Source: Candidatus Poribacteria bacterium (lineage in GTDB: Bacteria > Poribacteria > WGA-4E > WGA-3G). Taken from it: a stretch of DNA of 64,000 nucleotides. The translations under genes and the position numbers were made by a program. The notes under the pieces were generated by a model. It made no database searches. It was given only the letters and a program-made list of their open reading frames with translations, and was not told the origin of the DNA. Within the stretch, counting starts at the first letter, position 1. Each line of letters begins with the position of its first letter. This document shows, one piece after another, positions 59,343 to 64,000 of the stretch. Where the stretch lies: NCBI GenBank assembly GCA_963667805.1, contig OY764016.1:2346998-2410997 (forward strand), read 5' to 3'.

Positions 59343-59753
59343 TTAACGGAGGCCGCGGCTCTCGGTAGTGCGTTCAAGCTTGACCTTATCGTTTCTTTGC
59401 GGTGAAACCACAGCATCCTCCACAATGTGTTTATTGCTGGAATTTATACCTTTTAAGGGTTGAATGGATATCTGACAGCCAAGCCCACGAAGAATTACGT
59501 TGAAGATATCAATCCGCGGTGCCTCTTCGCCAGAAAGCACTTCCTTGAGAATTTTTGGTTCTATACCCGTTTTCTTGGCAAGTTTTGAAATCCCTCCCTG
59601 CGCTTCTATAACAGCCCAAATTTCTCGAAGAAAAAAGGGGGTGTCCTCATCAATTTGGTACTCTTCCCAGGTCACTCGAAGATAGTCAATTGCCGCTGCT
59701 GGATCAGCAAGTTGTTCCATAAGTATCTCATGCCATGTCCGATACTCTCTCAT
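59343..59753 (-). CDS. higA: HigA-like antitoxin (addiction module antidote protein, HTH)
   Basis: Pattern Y....L..L.DP..A..YL...E....LL.AL..V..A.GGISKLAKKTG..P..L...L collinear with addiction-module antidote family; immediately downstream of and overlapping toxin gene; ORF extends to 59780. Confidence 0.65.
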   Translation of the reverse strand: MREYRTWHEILMEQLADPAAAIDYLRVTWEEYQIDEDTPFFLREIWAVIEAQGGISKLAKKTGIEPKILKEVLSGEEAPRIDIFNVILRGLGCQISIQPLKGINSSNKHIVEDAVVSPQRNDKVKLERTTESRGLR

Positions 59754-60088
59754 GGTCGTGTCTCCTTGTGTTCCAACCAATACATTTTTGCGCGGTTAAT
59801 GTCCTGTGTCTGTGAGGACTTGTCACCGGCACAAAGCAGAAGGAGGGTTATATTATCCACTTCACCAAAATAGATGCGATAGCCTGCTCCAAAATGCAGA
59901 CGCAATTCAAAAACACCTTGACCAACAGATTGGCAATCGCCAAAATTGCCGACTGCAAGCCGCGCGAGTCGCTTACGAATTCTGGTTTGCATACTTTGGT
60001 CGCGAAGCGATTCTAGCCATTCGGTGAAAGGCTCTCGTCCATTTGGATCTCGATAGACTTGTAGCCTTCTCGGACGAACATGACGCAT
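59750..60088 (-). CDS. higB: HigB-like toxin (addiction module killer protein, RelE/ParE superfamily)
   Basis: FTEWLESLRD...RIRKRLARLAVGNFGDCQSVGQGVFELRLHFGAGYRIYF...LLLLCAGDKSSQTQDI collinear with addiction-module killer family. Confidence 0.7.
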   Translation of the reverse strand: MRHVRPRRLQVYRDPNGREPFTEWLESLRDQSMQTRIRKRLARLAVGNFGDCQSVGQGVFELRLHFGAGYRIYFGEVDNITLLLLCAGDKSSQTQDINRAKMYWLEHKETRP

Positions 60089-60118
60089 TAAGATGTTGAC
60101 CTCCGCAGCCCGCTACTC

Positions 60119-61312
60119 TTAAAACACCAACTCCGTCTCCACCGCTTCGTTGTAGTCTACGCCTTCAACCTCAAACCCGAACAGGTTTCGGAAGCGTCGC
60201 CTGAAGTCTGCGTAATCGGAGAGTTCATGGAAATTGTCGGTATCGATTTGCTCCCAACGCTCCGTCACTGCGTTTGTCACCTCAGGTTGTAACTCACGGT
60301 CATCGAGGCGAATATAGCGTTCGTTGTCGAGGTGTGGTTGTAGTCCAGGTCCAAGATGCTCCGAGAAGAGCCGTCGCATCTGCCCAATCGGTGCCTCATT
60401 GATGCCTTTGGCATTCATAATGTCATAGAGGATACTGACATAGAGCGGCACGACCGGAATTGCTGCAGACGCTTGTGTAACGACGGCTTTGTTTACCGAG
60501 ATATAGGCATTACCACCGAGTTGATTTGCGAGTCGCTCGTCAAGTGCGTCAACACGCGTCTTGAGATCATCCTTTGCTCTACCGATGGTCCCATCCCAAT
60601 AAATGGGCCACGTTAAGGTGCTCCCGATATAGGTATAGGCAACAACTGTGACTTCTGGCGCGAGCAACTCCGCTTCCGCCAATGCGTCAATCCACATCTC
60701 TAAATCTTCACCGCCCATCACGGCAACTGTATCCGCAATCTCCTGTTCAGTTGCGGGATCAATGGTAACAGGGACGATGGTTTCTCGATTCAGATCAATC
60801 GTTTTTCCTGTATACGGCTCACCGATCGGTTTCAGTTGTGATTGATGTGAGGCACCGGTTTTCGGATGTATGCGTCGGGGTGCGGCGATACTGTAGACGA
60901 GCATATCTATTTTGCCGAAATTCGCCTTGAGTCGGTTAATTGCCTCTGCCTTCATCTCATCGGAAAACGCATCTCCGTTGAGACTATCGGCGAAAAACCC
61001 ATCCGCTGTCGCCTGTCGATGGAAAGCAGCAGTGTTATAGTAACCTGCCGTTGCAGTGCGTCTGGCATCGGCGGGACGTTCATAAAGAAGTCCAAGCGTC
61101 TTCGCACCGTAAGCCCAGGTCAGAGCGATCCGAGAGGCGAGTCCATACCCTGTTGATGCCCCGATGACGAGTGCGTTCATATCTGTCGCTTTGTAGGGAA
61201 TGCCCTGTTTAATCTCATCTATCTGATTAAGGACATTCGCGTGACAACCCGCCGGATGGGCATTGGTGCAAATAAATCCGCGTATCCGAGGCTTAATAAT
61301 TTGAATCGCCAT
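60119..61312 (-). CDS. fabV: trans-2-enoyl-ACP/CoA reductase
   Basis: N-terminus MAIQIIKPRIRGFICTNAHPAGC matches FabV signature; 397 aa; start abuts repeat module A. Confidence 0.85.
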   Translation of the reverse strand: MAIQIIKPRIRGFICTNAHPAGCHANVLNQIDEIKQGIPYKATDMNALVIGASTGYGLASRIALTWAYGAKTLGLLYERPADARRTATAGYYNTAAFHRQATADGFFADSLNGDAFSDEMKAEAINRLKANFGKIDMLVYSIAAPRRIHPKTGASHQSQLKPIGEPYTGKTIDLNRETIVPVTIDPATEQEIADTVAVMGGEDLEMWIDALAEAELLAPEVTVVAYTYIGSTLTWPIYWDGTIGRAKDDLKTRVDALDERLANQLGGNAYISVNKAVVTQASAAIPVVPLYVSILYDIMNAKGINEAPIGQMRRLFSEHLGPGLQPHLDNERYIRLDDRELQPEVTNAVTERWEQIDTDNFHELSDYADFRRRFRNLFGFEVEGVDYNEAVETELVF

Positions 61313-61440
61313 TTTTTTAACTTTCCTTGCGGTGTAATAAGCGTAGTCTCATGCTTGGCGTATTCTTTTTCCGAGTCGCCCTCCACTTCGTTTCGGGCTG
61401 CGCTTCCGGTACTCACAATACTGATTTTAAGTTTCCTCAA
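61313..61440 (+). repeat. intergenic repeat family 1, diverged copy, module A abuts fabV start codon
   Basis: TTTTTTAACTTTCCTTGCGGTG directly after CAT (fabV start, minus) then TAAGCGTAG / CGGGCTGCGC fragments of module C. Confidence 0.65.
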
Positions 61441-61444
61441 GAGA

Positions 61445-61906
61445 TTAGTCTTCAATTTCAATAACCATCTCAACTTCAACGGGAATCCCGCCGGGCAATT
61501 GCACCATACCGACTGCGGAGCGGGCATGTCTGCCTTTGTCCCCGAACACCTCCACCAAAAAGTCCGATGCACCGTTGACAACCGCGGGCTGGTCGATGAA
61601 GTCGGGTGCTGAATTGACGAACCCAACCACTTTGATAACACGCTTGATCCTATCGAGATCGCCGAGTGCGTGTTTGAGGGTGCTTAACAAGCCAATTGCC
61701 ACTTGGCGTGCTGATGCATAACCTTCCTCGATCGTAGCGTCAGTGCCGAGTTGGCTTTTATAGATTGGACCTTCACCTGTGCCGGGTCCGTGTCCAGAGG
61801 TAAAGACGAGATTGCCGGTCTGTACCGTCGTGACGTAATTCGCTACGGGAATCGCGGGTTCTGGTAATTCTACACCTAATTCCTCAAGTCGTTGTTCTAT
61901 TTTCAT
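61445..61906 (-). CDS. ridA: RidA/YjgF family reactive intermediate deaminase
   Basis: 153 aa, YjgF-family pattern (LVFTSGHGP, RSAVGMVQLP). Confidence 0.8.
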   Translation of the reverse strand: MKIEQRLEELGVELPEPAIPVANYVTTVQTGNLVFTSGHGPGTGEGPIYKSQLGTDATIEEGYASARQVAIGLLSTLKHALGDLDRIKRVIKVVGFVNSAPDFIDQPAVVNGASDFLVEVFGDKGRHARSAVGMVQLPGGIPVEVEMVIEIED

Positions 61907-62279
61907 GTGATTTCCTTTTTATAGAAGATTAAATCCTAACATGCCGCAAACACGGCATTCCTGATATTACTCACAAGCCGATGCTCGCTGTGAGTGTTTG
62001 TATCTGCCTCTATTATTAAACAGGTTTTCGCTAATTTTGTCAAGCAAAGTTTTGATCGGTTGTCAGGTACCGGTTAAGAGGATGCTTCATAATAATTCCC
62101 TATACTCAGACCCTCGTAGGAGAGGTTCGTCCCCTGGACCGATGGGATTTCAATCCAAACTTCTGCCAAGAGCGTTACACCCTCGCAATAATTTGCTTTG
62201 CAGACCGACTTATGCTAAAATGGACGAAGATTTAATCGAAATATCCCCATATTTTTCGTAAAAAACAGAAGGAGCGACC

Positions 62280-63302
62280 ATGAAAGTAGCAGCAGTCTTA
62301 GGTGAACATCAAGCAGGACTCGTCGAAGTACCAGATCCGATACCGAAAGAGGATTGGGTCGTTGTAAAAATCCACGCTTCGCCGATGTGTACCGAATACC
62401 ACGCTTTCGAGCATGGATACAAAACCGACGGGCTTGGACACGAAGCCGCAGGCGAGGTCGTTGACATCGCTCAACCCGGAAAAGTGGAGATTGGCGACCG
62501 CGTGGTGGTCATGCCGCAATACCCCTGTGGGAAGTGTGTACTCTGCACCGATGGTGACTACATCCACTGCGAAAACAACTACAATTTCGAGGAATTCGTC
62601 GGATCGCGCCACGGTCGCGCGACGATGGCACAGTATATCCTCAAACCCTCTTGGTTGCTCCCGAAGATTCCAGACAACGTCTCCTATGAACATGCGTCCC
62701 TGGCGTGTTGCGCCTTGGGTCCTTCGTATCGCGCCTTCGACGAAATGGGCGTTAACGCGACACATACCGTGCTAATCACCGGTATCGGTCCTGTCGGATT
62801 CGGTGCGATTACCAACGCCCGATTTCGCGGTGCGAAAGTCATTGCAGCGGAACTGATCCCGTGGCGCGCCGAACGCGCAAAACAGATGGGCGTCGAAGCG
62901 GTTATCAATCCGACGGACAAAGATGCCGTAGACCAGATTCGTGATCTCACTACGGACGGACGCGGTGTAGACTTTGCACTCGACTGCTCAGGAAACGTTC
63001 AAGCGCACAGACTTTGTATTGATGCGACGCGGCGGCGTGGCACGATTGCATTCGTCGGACAGAGCGGCACAAACGACACTGTCCTCCACGTGAGCCCAGA
63101 TCTCATCGGTAAAGGGTTGCGTCTCGCTGGGGCATGGCACTATAACCTCAACCAATTCCCCGGATTGATGAAGGTCATCGAAGGCTCACCCCTTCTCGAC
63201 CTGCTTATCAGCAATATCTTTCCGATGAGTGAGATCCAGCAGGCATTTGAAACCTCCGCATCTCAAGAAAGTTCAAAAATTATCCTGAAACCCTGGAAAT
63301 AA
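62280..63302 (+). CDS. zinc-dependent alcohol dehydrogenase (MDR family)
   Basis: Cys/His zinc ligands (CTEYHA, GHEAAGE, CGKCVLC structural Zn), GIGPVG Rossmann; SD AGAAGGAG. Confidence 0.8.
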   Translation: MKVAAVLGEHQAGLVEVPDPIPKEDWVVVKIHASPMCTEYHAFEHGYKTDGLGHEAAGEVVDIAQPGKVEIGDRVVVMPQYPCGKCVLCTDGDYIHCENNYNFEEFVGSRHGRATMAQYILKPSWLLPKIPDNVSYEHASLACCALGPSYRAFDEMGVNATHTVLITGIGPVGFGAITNARFRGAKVIAAELIPWRAERAKQMGVEAVINPTDKDAVDQIRDLTTDGRGVDFALDCSGNVQAHRLCIDATRRRGTIAFVGQSGTNDTVLHVSPDLIGKGLRLAGAWHYNLNQFPGLMKVIEGSPLLDLLISNIFPMSEIQQAFETSASQESSKIILKPWK

Positions 63303-63305
63303 GCC

Positions 63306-64000
63306 ATGCCGACCACACATAAACCGAATATACTCCTCATCGTGTCCGACGACCATGCGGCACCGGCGATCAGTTGTTATGGCAGTGAGATGAATCACAC
63401 CCCGAATATCGACCGAATCGGCAACGGGGGCATGCGATTCAACAACTGTTTCTGCACGAACGCAATCTGCACACCAGCACGTGGTTCCATTCTTACGGGA
63501 AAATACAGCCATAAGACTGGCATCAAAACCCTCGCGGATACCATCGATCACACACGGGAACAGACAGTCGCGCAGAGGCTGCATGCAGACGGGTATCAGA
63601 CAGCAATTGTCGGGAAGTGGCATCTTGGACACGGGGATGTCAGTGATCCACACGGATTCGATTACTGGAACGTGTTTCCTGTCCAAGGTGCCCACATCAA
63701 TCCTGAAATGATTGAGATGGGAGAACGGAAGAAATTCAACGGGTACTCCGCTGACATCGTGACGGACAACTCGCTGAATTGGCTACAAAACAGAGAGACA
63801 GATCAGCCGTTTTTTCTCATGACCACCTACAAGGCGACGCACGATCCGTTTTTTCCGAATCCTAAGCATCAACATCTCTACACAGAGGAGATCCCTGAGC
63901 CACCGACTTTCAACGATGGCTACGAAAATCGGGCAGCGGCTGCCGCAATGAACACAGCACAGGTGGGTATCATGCACCACAAAAATCATCTGCCGGAACC
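63306..64000 (+). CDS. sulfatase (arylsulfatase family), 3' end outside window
   Basis: LLIVSDDH and CTPARGSILTGKY (C-x-P-x-R formylglycine motif), GKWHLG. Confidence 0.8.
   Translation, partial: MPTTHKPNILLIVSDDHAAPAISCYGSEMNHTPNIDRIGNGGMRFNNCFCTNAICTPARGSILTGKYSHKTGIKTLADTIDHTREQTVAQRLHADGYQTAIVGKWHLGHGDVSDPHGFDYWNVFPVQGAHINPEMIEMGERKKFNGYSADIVTDNSLNWLQNRETDQPFFLMTTYKATHDPFFPNPKHQHLYTEEIPEPPTFNDGYENRAAAAAMNTAQVGIMHHKNHLPE

Noticed and set aside
62100-62170. Possible tRNA: GGTTCGtcCCC resembles a T-loop
   Set aside because: No complementary T-stem, no D-loop or acceptor stem could be built, so it is not a tRNA.
1-64000. CRISPR array
   Set aside because: No regularly spaced direct repeats of 25-40 bp. 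The repeats present are irregularly spaced, modular and located at gene boundaries.

Overview
This 64 kb window looks like a chromosomal segment of an uncultivated, probably aquatic bacterium, with roughly 50% GC and about 52 protein-coding genes on both strands. I found no rRNA, tRNA or CRISPR array. The gene set (xylose-isomerase-like TIM barrels, Gfo/Idh/MocA oxidoreductases, phytanoyl-CoA dioxygenase (PhyH) family dioxygenases, a sulfatase, tricorn protease, FabV, DUF1015, a GldF/GldG/DUF4340 module) resembles PVC-superphylum or Poribacteria-like genomes, but I cannot assign a lineage from sequence alone. Most genes are carbohydrate and central metabolism or housekeeping. Carbohydrate-related genes include NagB, four Gfo/Idh/MocA-type oxidoreductases, four xylose-isomerase-like TIM-barrel proteins, three PhyH-family dioxygenases, ThuA, a LamG protein and a sulfatase. 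Central-metabolism genes include AckA, Mdh, a CysM-like enzyme, Sat, a MetE-like protein, FabV and RidA. Housekeeping genes include DnaK, IF-1, endonuclease III, MsrB, a ClpX-like ATPase and tricorn protease. Three ABC-2-type transport modules are present. There are also several oddities: a HigB/HigA toxin-antitoxin pair, a Cas4-like/DEDD-exonuclease fusion (DUF2779-like), a ClpX homolog with no zinc-binding domain, a divergent LarA-like protein, a radical SAM/SPASM protein, and two paralogous ~640-aa polytopic membrane proteins flanking a sat/ADH/nth cluster. The most unusual thing I saw is not a gene. It is a family of short intergenic elements (modules A-B-C-D, up to ~140 bp) whose conserved terminal module A (TTTAATTTTACCTTGCGGTTCGG) sits exactly at gene boundaries at least 10 times. 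In one orientation it supplies the TAA stop. In the other it supplies CCGCAAGGAAAATTAAAAAT immediately before ATG, with a fixed 11-nt spacing from AAGGA. Two smaller repeat families are also present: a hairpin with a conserved tail, and a shared ~40-bp leader upstream of two genes. I ran no database searches; protein calls rest on motifs I recognised by reading.
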